NCBI GenBank assembly: GCA_047495785.1
Contig: JBLDXI010000042.1
Coordinates: 4,960,001-5,024,000, forward strand
Length of the DNA stretch: 64,000 nucleotides
Reading direction: 5' to 3'
DNA from: Lepidodermella squamata
Lineage: Eukaryota; Animalia; Gastrotricha
The notes under the pieces are model-generated. The model saw only the letters and a program-made list of their open reading frames with translations, had not been told where the DNA came from and did not search any database. Below, piece after piece: positions 11,457-22,900 of this stretch. Position numbers and translations under genes: made by a program. Each line of letters begins with the position of its first letter. Position 1 is the first letter of the stretch.

Positions 11457-14400
11457 TTAATTTGAAGTAATGACCTCCTCCTTGCTGACTTCGACACTAG
11501 ATTCGATTACGGGGCCAACCCAGGTGACGGTCGGAGACGTGACTTCTTCAACGGCACCTTGAATAGTTTCGACCTTAGACTCGACGAGGACGCCGCCAGT
11601 GTTAACAGATGAAGCGTCGGCCTCGACTCCGTTCACGTAAACTTTCGTCTGAGCTTCACCGACAGACACCTTAGTCTCTTCAACAAGATCCGGCTGTTTG
11701 CTTTCCGTAACCTCGACTTTGGGCGCACTAATCCTCTTGGATGAGATGACCTTGCCATCCTCGTCGACTTCCACAGTTTCTTCTTCTACAATTTCCTCCG
11801 GGGGGAGATCAACGACAACAACCTTTGTCTCCTCCACAGTAACTGGGATAACCTGGAAAAAGGAATTTGTTAAGGGAATGGCTGTGGTCAAAAAGGCTCA
11901 CCTCATCTACGACAATAGTGTCGTAAGCATCAGATTCAGTCTCACCCGATGTTGACTGGGAGCTTGAGTGGCGTTTGATAATCTTTGCACCTCCCTTGTG
12001 CTTTCTATGCCTTCTGCGGGAAGACTCAACTTCGACCTCCTCGGTAACTTCCACGTCAGTTTGCTCGCCAGAACGGGTGCGCATGCTTCACATGGGACTT
12101 CGTCTCGGCGGAACGATGCTCGCGACGTTCAACGCGTTTCACGCTCTTGTGGGCGACGCGATTCGACCTTGGAAGCCTCGTGGTGATGAACCAAGCGGGA
12201 GGTTTCCTTACGGGCTGCGCGGTGCTCAACACGTTTCACGCTCTTATTACGCTGATGGGAAACTTGTTTAGCCTCACGACGTTGGGCGACTGCTTTTACG
12301 TTTTCACGCCTCGACTCGATCTTATGTGAAGAACGCCTGATGTCAGACCTTCTTCGACTGCTGTCCACGACGAGATGCTACGTGCCGAGCAACAAATTTG
12401 TGTTCAAGAGATTTCTTGGATTCAGAGCGCCTCGCAGTTGAGCGGCTAGATTGAGATTTCTTTGATTCAGCGCGCTTCGATGAAGAGCGACGTGCGTGGT
12501 GCTTCTTGGATTCGGAGCGCCTTGAAGTAGAACGGCTAGAGTGAGATTTCTTTGATTCAGCGCGCTTCGATGAAGAGCGACGTGCGTGGTGCTTCTTGGA
12601 TTCGGAGCGCCTTGAAGTAGAACGGCTAGATTGAGATTTCTTTGATTCAGCGCGCTTCGATGAAGAGCGACGTGCGTGGTGCTTCTTGGATTCGGAGCGC
12701 CTTGAAGTAGAACGGCTAGAGTGAGATTTCTTTGATTCAGCGCGCTTCGATGAAGAGCGACGTGCGTGGTGCTTCTTGGATTCGGAGCGCCTTGAAGTAG
12801 AACGGCTAGAGTGAGATTTCTTTGATTCAGCGCGCTTCGATGAAGAGCGACGTGCGTGGTGCTTCTTGGATTCGGAGCGCCTTGAAGTAGAACGGCTAGA
12901 GTGAGATTTCTTTGATTCAGCGCGCTTCGATGAAGAGCGACGTGCGTGGTGCTTCTTGGATTCGGAGCGCCTTGAAGTAGAACGGCTAGAGTGAGATTTC
13001 TCAGCGCGCTTCGATGAAGAGCGACGGGCGTGGTGCTTCTCGGAGCGCTTTGAAGTAGAGCGGGTGGAATGGGATTTCTTTGATTCAGAACGGGTGCTAC
13101 GGTGCTTACGGCCATGGCTGGAGCGCTTTGTCGACTTCTTGGAGACGGAAGAACGACGGCTGCGGTGCTTGCGGTGCTTCTTGCTCACAGAGCTGCTGCG
13201 ATGCTTGCGGCTATGACGAGAGCGCCGGGTCGACTTCTTGGAGACGGAGGAGCGACGGCTGCGGTGCTTGCGGTGCTTCTTGCTCACAGAGCTGCTGCGA
13301 TGCTTGCGGCTATGACGAGAGCGCCTGGTCGACTTCTTGGAGACGGAAGAACGACGGCTGCGGTGCTTGCGGTGCTTCTTGCTCACAGAGCTGCTGCCAT
13401 GCTTGCGGCTATGACGAGAGCGCCTGGTCGACTTCTTGGAGACGGAAGAACGACGGCTGCGGTGCTTGCGGTGCTTCTTGCTCACAGAGCTGCTGCGATG
13501 CTTGCGGCTATGACGAGAGCGCCTGGTCGACTTCTTGGAGACGGAAGAACGACGGCTGCGGTGCTTGCGGTGCTTCTTGCTCACAGAGCTGCTGCGATGC
13601 TTGCGGCCATGGCTGGAGCGCTTTGTCGACTTCTTGGAGACGGAAGAACGACGGCTGCGGTGCTTGCGGTGCTTGCGGTGCTTCTTGCTCACAGAGCTGC
13701 TGCGATGCTTGCGGCTATGACGAGAGCGCCTGGTCGACTTCTTGGAGACGGAAGAACGACTGCTGCGGTGCTTGCGGTGCTTCTTGCTCACAGAGCTGCT
13801 GCGATGCTTGCGGCTATGACGAGAGCGCCTGGTCGACTTCTTGGAGACGGAAGAACGACGGCTGCGGTGCTTGCGGTGCTTCTTGCTCACAGAGCTGCTG
13901 CGATGCTTGCGGCTATGACGAGAGCGCCTGGTCGACTTCTTGGAGACGGAAGAACGACGTCTGCGGTGCTTGCGGTGCTTCTTGCTCACAGAGCTGCTGC
14001 GATGCTTGCGGCTATGACGAGAGCGCCTGGTCGACTTCTTGGAGACGGAAGAACGACGGCTGCGGTGCTTGCGGTGCTTCTTGCTCACAGAGCTGCTGCG
14101 ATGCTTGCGGCTATGACGAGAGCGCCTGGTCGACTTCTTGGAGACGGAAGAACGACGGCTGCGGTGCTTGCGGTGCTTCTTGCTCACAGAGGTGCTGCGA
14201 TGCTTGCGGCCATGGCTGGAGCGCTTTGTCGACTTCTTGGAGACGGAGGAGCGACGGCTGCGGTGCTTGCGGTGCTTCTTGCTCACAGAGGTGCTGCTGT
14301 GCTTGCGGCTATGACGAGAGCGCCTGGTCGACTTCTTGGAGACGGAAGAACGACGGCTGCGGTGCTTGCGGTGCTTCTTGCTCACAGAGGTGCTGCTGTG

Positions 14401-15080
14401 CTTGCGGCTATGACGAGAGCGCCTGGTCGACTTCTTGGAGACGGAAGAACGACGGCTGCGGTGCTTGCGGTGCTTCTTGCTCACAGAGCTGCTGCGATGC
14501 TTGCGGCTATGACGAGAGCGCCTGGTCGACTTCTTGGAGACGGAAGAACGACGGCTGCGGTGCTTGCGGTGCTTCTTGCTCACAGAGCTGCTGCGATGCT
14601 TGCGGCTATGACGAGAGCGCCTGGTCGACTTCTTGGAGACGGAAGAACGACGGCTGCGGTGCTTGCGGTGCTTCTTGCTCACAGAGCTGCTGCGATGCTT
14701 GCGGCCATGGCTGGAGCGCTTTGTCGACTTCTTGGAGACGGAGGAGCGACGGCTGCGGTGCTTGCGGTGCTTCTTGCTCACAGAGCTGCTGCGATGCTTG
14801 CGGCTATGACGAGAGCGCCTGGTCGACTTCTTGGAGACGGACGATTCTGATCTGATAGATGCACGTCTCGCTCTTCTCGCAATGAGCTTCCGGATTTCCT
14901 TTACTGCGCATTTGCAAAAATCACATCCTCGTCGCTCAGTAACATTCGAGTCATCTGAACGTTTAGTTACTGATCTGTTATGTCGATAAGTTCAAAATAT
15001 ACGCTTTGCTTGAAAGTTGCTTACCTTGACTCGACGATTCCGATGAGAACGACAATTGCTATAATTCCAAGCCAATTCAT
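11457..15080 (-). CDS. Gene B: secreted K/R/H/S-repeat protein with an acidic Val/Glu-rich C-terminal domain (about 1170 aa)
   Basis: Exons 15080-15025 (MNWLGIIAIVVLIGIVES, signal peptide), 14974-11902 (GCDFCKCAVKEIRKLI, then repeats) and 11852-11457 (VIPVTVEETKVVVVDLPPEEIVEEETVEV...). AATAAA on the minus strand at 11321-11326. The model needs three single-base removals near 12366, 12150 and 12076. Confidence 0.8.
12425..13030 (-). repeat. 90-bp coding repeat (30 aa, RSESKKHHARRSSSKRAESKKSHSSRSTSR)
   Basis: TGAAGAGCGACG recurs at 12481, 12571, 12661, 12751, 12841 and 12931. Confidence 0.95.
13095..14840 (-). repeat. 99-bp coding repeat (33 aa, SVSKKHRKHRSRRSSVSKKSTRRSRHSRKHRSS), about 17 copies
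   Basis: Directly visible tandem array with a few variant units (STKRSSHGRKH). Confidence 0.95.
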
Positions 15081-15136
15081 CTTGGTATAATTCAGCTTAA
15101 TATCCAACTGTCTTATCGAGTTTGGGTTTTATTTGC

Positions 15137-15144
15137 CTATATAC
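15137..15144 (-). promoter_or_regulatory. Putative TATA box of gene B
   Basis: GTATATAG about 60 nt upstream of the ATG, followed about 30 nt later by Inr-like ACAGTT. Confidence 0.45.
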
Positions 15145-16646
15145 CGGTCGCGTGACATCAGATGTGATGGCATCGATTTTTCTTCAAGGAGCTAGCCTTA
15201 TTTCCTTTCATCAGGCAAGTTTACTTTTTTGCGTTCAACTTTAGTGTTATTGAAGTCTGACGGTTGTTTGACATGATATGAACAGCTGTCTTAATTTTTC
15301 AAAGCATTAACTTTCCGTGACGGTCTAGAACGATACCTATAACATTGAGGAATGTCTCTTGTTTTTTCATTACTTCTCGGACTTATCCTTGATGAAACAA
15401 GTTCCTTTCTGTCTCCTTTACTTCGCACTATTTCTTTGCAAAGCTGTTAGCATGTGATGCGTTACCAGTGCAGTTTTCTGCGATGAGCATGTGCAATGAT
15501 CTTTCTGCATGCAATTGTTTTTCTTTGGTCTAACAGAATGAATATACCATATAGTTAACATCGCGCTTAGATGACTCATTCGATCGTACTTATAGTCGTC
15601 TAACGTATTGATGAAGTACGTTATGCTTTTTGAGCAACGATTTTTTCGTGATCTATCGAACGTACCACCTTCCCAATTTGGGGATATGCAATATTTTCAG
15701 TTGCCATTGTGGCCGGCCCCCGAGGGGCACCATGGATCATCATATATTAATTGCTGTAATCAAGGGCTACAGCGAGATCGAAAGATCGAAGTCCACGCGA
15801 CACACTCAGAGTTACGTTTTGGCCAAAAAACGCGACTATTCAACTTCACAGGCAAATATATTACCAAAAATTCCGCGCGACACTGTACTGCTGATTCATC
15901 TTTCTCCATCAAGAAAGAGGAGAGATCCTAGTTTAGCGGTATCAAGTTTTTCGATTTCATCCCCAAGGGTAAATCAAAAATCAATCAAATCAAAATGCTT
16001 CTCCCATAAATCAATCATTTCAATTCTAAATAAGTGAAAAGAGTGTCTATAAATCAAATCAAATTCAAATCACTGTAATAAATAATGTGTGGTCACGGAC
16101 GGAAGAGTTGTTGGAGCCTGCTCCGTCGAAGAAGGCACCAGGAATCTAAAAAAGGAGTGCGAAACGCTGAGGGAGATGATCCTATTGATCTGAAGCGACA
16201 TAACAACAGTTTCAATATGATTTATGGCAACATGCAAAATTTGGTCAGGGCTTGCCCAAATACGTTGTTAGCAAGATCAAGGAGTTTAAAGCGACTCCAA
16301 AAAATACAGAAACTGCGTGTAATGTTGATGTACCTGAAATTATTTCAAATAAATGTAAAAAGAGCCAAGTGTCATGAGTACTTAGAACTGGATCGCTGGT
16401 CTATTCTGCAACATTATCTCGATTCGGCAAAAAATCACGCCAGATAAATCATTGGTGAGTCGGCTAATCAAAACACGAATATTCATTGCTACAGTTACAC
16501 CTACCTTTTCTCGAAGAAGCAATAGAACGCCTATTTCTGCAGTTCAGCAGTAAATGAATTCGAAACAAAGAGTCTACTACTTCTATCCCAATAACCGATA
16601 CCGCCATCGCTTATGAGAACGAGCGCATACAATCCGTGAGGTTTTG

Positions 16647-16725
16647 TCATCGTAAAGTTAAGGACTCTTCGACTTCAACCCATTCAGCGATGGTAACCTC
16701 ATTCGGCTCTTGAATGACCTGAATT
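16647..16725 (-). other. Diverged duplicate of the gene C C-terminal motif (VIQEPNEVTIAEWVEVEES): alternative last exon or relic
   Basis: Nucleotide and peptide similarity to 16982-17040; preceded by candidate AG acceptors (CAAAAG, ATTCAG). Confidence 0.55.
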
Positions 16726-16981
16726 GCTTTTGAATTAAAATTTTTTGCGAATTGAAAAGCTGGTTGATAAAATGAACTCCAATTGCATGCACTCAAATTT
16801 GTTCGATAATATTTAGTCAGTGAAAACACAGGTCTGTTCAAATTGCCAAGTTTAATGTTGATATGTGCAGTCAAAGAAACCTTAGATATCCACTTGTCAT
16901 CAAGTATCAGCTAAGGAGCGCAAAAAGCCACCACCGGGAATCACCTTGAGATGAATGATTGAGTTTTTATCATAGTCAAGT

Positions 16982-19900
16982 TTAGGACTCCTCGACTTCA
17001 ACCCATTCAGTGATGGTAACTTCATCGGGTTCTTGAATGATTTGCGTCTCAGTGTAGGTTTCGGATCCAGAAGATCCCGAGGACGAGCCGCCGGTCTTCT
17101 TACCCGTCTTGCTAGAGCTGGAAGATTTTGAGCTCGAGCTAGACGAACCTGACGACTTGCTGCTTGAACTACCAGAGCTTCGAGCACGCTTCACCTTGCG
17201 AGTTACTTGTTTCCTAACCTTCCTCCTAGATAATTGAATGATGAGAAATTCAAGCCAGCTCAATAAATATCAAACAAACTTAGAACTGCTTGCAGAAGCG
17301 CTGGATGCCGCTACGCGAGACTCGGCACGGCCAGAGCTGGATGATGAAGACGAGCGTAGGACGGACTTGCCTGCAGACTTCTGACGGGTCTCGGATGAAG
17401 ACGAGCGTTGGACGGATTTGCCTGCAGACTTCTGACGGGTCTCAGAGCGGGACGATGAAGACGAGCGTTGGACGGACTTGCCTGCAGACTTCTGACGGGT
17501 CTCGGATGAAGACGAGCGTTGGACGGATTTGCCTGCAGACTTCTGACGGGTCTCGGATGAAGACGAGCGTTGGACGGATTTGCCTGCAGACTTCTGACGG
17601 GTCTCAGAGCGGGACGATGAAGACGAGCGTTGGACGGATTTGCCTGCAGATTTCTGACGAGTCTCAGAGCGGCCAGAGCTGGAATGAGACGCCGAGTGTT
17701 TTACGGATTTGCCTGCAGACTTCTGACGGGTCTCAGAGCGGGACGATGAAGACGAGCGTTGGACGGATTTGCCTGCAGATTTCTGACGAGTCTCAGAGCG
17801 GCCAGAGCTGGAATGAGACGCCGAGTGTTTTACGGATTTGCCTGTAGATTTCTGACGAGTCTCAGAGCGGCTAGAGCGGGAATGGGAAGACGAGTGCTTT
17901 ACGGATTTGCCTGCAGACTTCTGACGGGTCTCAGAGCGGCCAGAGCTGGAATGAGACGCCGAGTGTTTTACGGATTTGCCTGCAGACTTCTGACGGGTCT
18001 CAGAGCGGGACGATGAAGACGAGCGTTGGACGGATTTGCCTGCAGATTTCTGACGAGTCTCAGAGCGGCTAGAGCGGGAATGGGAAGACGAGTGTTTTAC
18101 GGATTTGCCTGCAGACTTCTGACGGGTCTCAGAGCGGGACGATGAAGACGAGCGTTGGACGGATTTGCCTGCAGATTTCTGACGAGTCTCAGAGCGGCTA
18201 GAGCGGGAATGGGAAGACGAGTGTTTTACGGACTTGCCTGCGGACTTTTGGCGGCTCGAGCCAGAAGACGAGGTCGAGCGATGGACTGATCTTCCCGAGT
18301 TCTGCTTATGTACCTCAACACTTCCAGAACTGGAAGAAGAGTGCACGCGATGGGTTGCCTTGCCAGCTGATTTCTTGCGGTTCTCTGAGCGGCCCGAGCT
18401 TGATGATGAGGTCGAGCGGTGGATGATCTTACCAGCGGACTTCTCACGAGAATCAGAGCGGCGTGATGACGACGCGGAGCGCCTGACATGACCGCTGCCG
18501 GCTTCAGCCTTGCGCTGATGGTGAGCGTGGACGGTGCGGCTCACAGTTTCGCTACGAGAGCCTCCGCGAGATCCGGAGCCACGGGAGTTCGATGAGGATG
18601 ATACGCGTATCTCGGAAGAGCGGGCTCTAACTTTTCGGCTCGATTTTTGTGATGTCGATCGGGACCCCGACCTGCTCGACGAAGAAGACGCCGAGGAGCG
18701 CCTGACATGACCGCTGCCGGCTTCAGCCTTGCGCTGATGGTGAGCGTGGACGGTGCGGATCACAGTTTCGCTACGAGAGCCTCCGCGAGATCCGGAGCCA
18801 CGGGAGTTCGTTGACCGTTTTTCAACGTGACGAACGCTGTGCCCATTCGAGGAAGACCCATGTGACTTGGATGACGAGCGTCCACTGCGTCTCGAATGCC
18901 TGGATACAGTCGATGAACGCGAAGCAGATCTATGGTGCTTGCCGGCTGAAGAGTGGACAGATCTCGACGATTTGGACTCCGCTCTGTGTCCTGATGATGA
19001 CCTGTTAAATAAACGATAATCGATATCGAATTAGCCTTCACAAGCTCAAAAAGTGTCTGCCCTGCATACGGGTTACACATGTCTTTGAGGAAAAAGGTAT
19101 ATAAGCCATTTACAGTACACCCCCGTTATAACGCAATATTAGCGGAGACGAGAAACTTGCGTCATAATGATAATAATGATAATAGCGGGAACTGACTGCT
19201 GTTTCTTTTCACATACTTTTTCGACGAATGACGGCCAACACGGCGTGTGATGCGACGTCGTTGCGTGCGGGTGGAACGCCGAACAACGCGCTTCTTAGCT
19301 TGACGATGAACTCTTATTATAAATGTGCGTTGACATCGGAAAACTAGCAAACTATCGAAACTTACTTCCTCTTGTGACGGCGTGTGATTTTACGGGTCTT
19401 GCTAGACTTTTTGGAGCCACTGTGTTTAGACACCGAGCGACGTGAATGAGCCTCAGTGCTGCGCTTGGACTTGTGGCCACTAGTCGACGACTCGCGCCGG
19501 CCTCTGTGACTACCCTTCGATGACCTGTTGTGGCTACGACGATGGCTGCCGATCTTTGTGGAGGACTTATTCACGGAGTGACGATGGCTGCGCTTGTGGT
19601 GGCTCTTCTTGGTCGAGCTGGAGCGGCGCTTGTGGCTGCGGGTCTTCCTCACGGAGTGACGACGGCTGCGCTTGTGGTGGCTCTTCTTGGTCGAGCTGGA
19701 GCGGCGCTTGTGGCTGCGTGTCTTCCTCACGGAGTGACGATGGCTGCGCTTGTGGTGGCTCTTCTTGGTCGAGCTGGAGCGGCGCTTGTGGCTGCGGGTC
19801 TTCCTCACGGAGTGACGACGGCTGCGCTTGTGGCTGCGGGTCTTCCTCACGGAGTGACGACGGCTGCGCTTGTGGTGGCTCTTCTTGGTCGAGCTGGAGC

Positions 19901-22900
19901 TGCGCTTGTGGCTGCGGGTCTTCCTCACGGAGTGACCACGGCTGCGCTTGTGGTGGCTCTTCTTGGTCGAGCTGGAGCGGCGCTTGTGGCTGCGTGTCTT
20001 CCTCACGGAGTGACGACGGCTGCGCTTGTGGTGGCTCTTCTTGGTCGAGCTGGAGCGGCGCTTGTGGCTGCGTGTCTTCCTCACGGAGTGACGATGGCTG
20101 CGCTTGTGGCTGCGGGTCTTCCTCACGGAGTGACGACGGCTGCGCTTGTGGTGGCTCTTCTTGGTCGAGCTGGAGCTGCGCTTGTGGCTGCGGGTCTTCC
20201 TCACGGAGTGACGACGGCTGCGCTTGTGGTGGCTCTTCTTGGTCGAGCTGGAGCTGCGCTTGTGGCTGCGGGTCTTCCTCACGGAGTGACGATGGCTGCG
20301 CTTGTGGCTGCGGGTCATAATGATAATAATGATAATAGCGGGAACTGACTGCTGTTTCTTTTCACATACTTTTTCGACGAATGACGGCCAACACGGCGTG
20401 TGATGCGACGTCGTTGCGTGCGGGTGGAACGCCGAACAACGCGCTTCTTAGCTTGACGATGAACTCTTATTATAAATGTGCGTTGACATCGGAAAACTAG
20501 CAAACTATCGAAACTTACTTCCTCTTGTGACGGCGTGTGATTTTACGGGTCTTGCTAGACTTTTTGGAGCCACTGTGTTTAGACACCGAGCGACGTGAAT
20601 GAGCCTCAGTGCTGCGCTTGGACTTGTGGCCACTAGTCGACGACTCGCGCCGGCCTCTGTGACTACCCTTCGATGACCTGTTGTGGCTACGACGATGGCT
20701 GCCGATCTTTGTGGAGGACTTATTCACGGAGTGACGATGGCTGCGCTTGTGGTGGCTCTTCTTGGTCGAGCTGGAGCGGCGCTTGTGGCTGCGGGTCTTC
20801 CTCACGGAGTGACGACGGCTGCGCTTGTGGTGGCTCTTCTTGGTCGAGCTGGAGCGGCGCTTGTGGCTGCGTGTCTTCCTCACGGAGTGACGATGGCTGC
20901 GCTTGTGGTGGCTCTTCTTGGTCGAGCTGGAGCGGCGCTTGTGGCTGCGGGTCTTCCTCACGGAGTGACGACGGCTGCGCTTGTGGCTGCGGGTCTTCCT
21001 CACGGAGTGACGACGGCTGCGCTTGTGGTGGCTCTTCTTGGTCGAGCTGGAGCTGCGCTTGTGGCTGCGGGTCTTCCTCACGGAGTGACCACGGCTGCGC
21101 TTGTGGTGGCTCTTCTTGGTCGAGCTGGAGCGGCGCTTGTGGCTGCGTGTCTTCCTCACGGAGTGACGACGGCTGCGCTTGTGGTGGCTCTTCTTGGTCG
21201 AGCTGGAGCGGCGCTTGTGGCTGCGTGTCTTCCTCACGGAGTGACGATGGCTGCGCTTGTGGCTGCGGGTCTTCCTCACGGAGTGACGACGGCTGCGCTT
21301 GTGGTGGCTCTTCTTGGTCGAGCTGGAGCTGCGCTTGTGGCTGCGGGTCTTCCTCACGGAGTGACGATGGCTGCGCTTGTGGCTGCGGGTCTTCCTCACG
21401 GAGTGACGACGGCTGCGCTTGTGGCTGCGGGTCTTCCTCACGGAGTGACGATGGCTGCGCTTGTGGCTGCGGGTCTTCCTCACGGAGTGACGACGGCTGC
21501 GCTTGTGGCTGCGGGTCTTCCTCACGGAGTGACCACGGCTGCGCTTGTGGTGGCTCTTCTTGGTCGAGCTGGAGCGGCGCTTGTGGCTGCGTGTCTTCCT
21601 CACGGAGTGACGACGGCTGCGCTTGTGGTGGCTCTTCTTGGTCGAGCTGGAGCGGCGCTTGTGGCTGCGGGTCTTCCCGACGGAGTGACGACGGCTGCGC
21701 TTGTGGCTGCGGGTCTTCCTCACGGAGTGACGACGGCTGCGCTTGTGGTGGCTCTTCTTGGTCGAGCTGGAGCTGCGCTTGTGGCTGCGGGTCTTCCTCA
21801 CGGAGTGACGACGTCTGCGCTTGTGGCTGCGGGTCTTCCTCACGGAGTGACGACGGCTGCGCTTGTGGTGGCTCTTCTTGGTCGAGCTGGAGCGGCGCTT
21901 GTGGCTGCGGGTCTTCCTCACGGAGTGACGACGGCTGCGCTTGTGGTGGCTCTTCTTGGTCGAGCTGGAGCGGCGCTTGTGGCTGCGGGTCTTCCTCACG
22001 GAGTGACGACGGCTGCGCTTGTGGCTGCGGGTCTTCCTCACGGAGTGACGACGGCTGCGCTTGTGGTGGCTCTTCTTGGTCGAGCTGGAGCTGCGCTTGT
22101 GGCTGCGGGTCTTCCTCACGGAGTGACCACGGCTGCGCTTGTGGCTGCGGGTCTTCCTCACGGAGTGACGACGGCTGCGCTTGTGGTGGCTCTTCTTGGT
22201 CGAGCTGGAGCGGCGCTTGTGGCTGCGTGTCTTCCTCACGGAGTGACGACGGCTGCGCTTGTGGTGGCTCTTCTTGGTCGAGCTGGAGCGGCGCTTGTGG
22301 CTGCGTGTCTTCCTCACGGAGTGACGACGGCTGCGCTTGTGGTGGCTCTTCTTGGTCGAGCTGGAGCTGCGCTTGTGGCTGCGGGTCTTCCTCACGGAGT
22401 GACGATGGCTGCGCTTGTGGCTGCGGGTCTTCCTCACGGAGTGACGACGGCTGCGCTTGTGGTGGCTCTTCTTGGTCGAGCTGGAGCGGCGCTTGTGGCT
22501 GCGTGTCTTCCCGACGGAGTGACGACGGCTGCGCTTGTGGTGGCTCTTCTTGGTCGAGCTGGAGCGGCGCTTGTGGCTGCGGGTCTTCCCGACGGAGTGA
22601 CGACGGCTGCGCTTGTGGCTGCGGGTCTTCCTCACGGAGTGACGACGGCTGCGCTTGTGGTGGCTCTTCTTGGTCGAGCTGGAGCTGCGCTTGTGGCTGC
22701 GGGTCTTCCTCACGGAGTGACGACGTCTGCGCTTGTGGCTGCGGGTCTTCCTCACGGAGTGACGACGGCTGCGCTTGTGGTGGCTCTTCTTGGTCGAGCT
22801 GGAGCGGCGCTTGTGGCTGCGGGTCTTCCTCACGGAGTGACGACGGCTGCGCTTGTGGTGGCTCTTCTTGGTCGAGCTGGAGCGGCGCTTGTGGCTGCGG

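Noticed and set aside
13080-14855. Plus-strand Cys-rich (metallothionein/keratin-associated-like) and Ala/Leu ORFs
   Set aside because: Reverse complement of CGC/AAG/CAC/AGC codon repeats in gene B; the ORFs end where the repeat ends.
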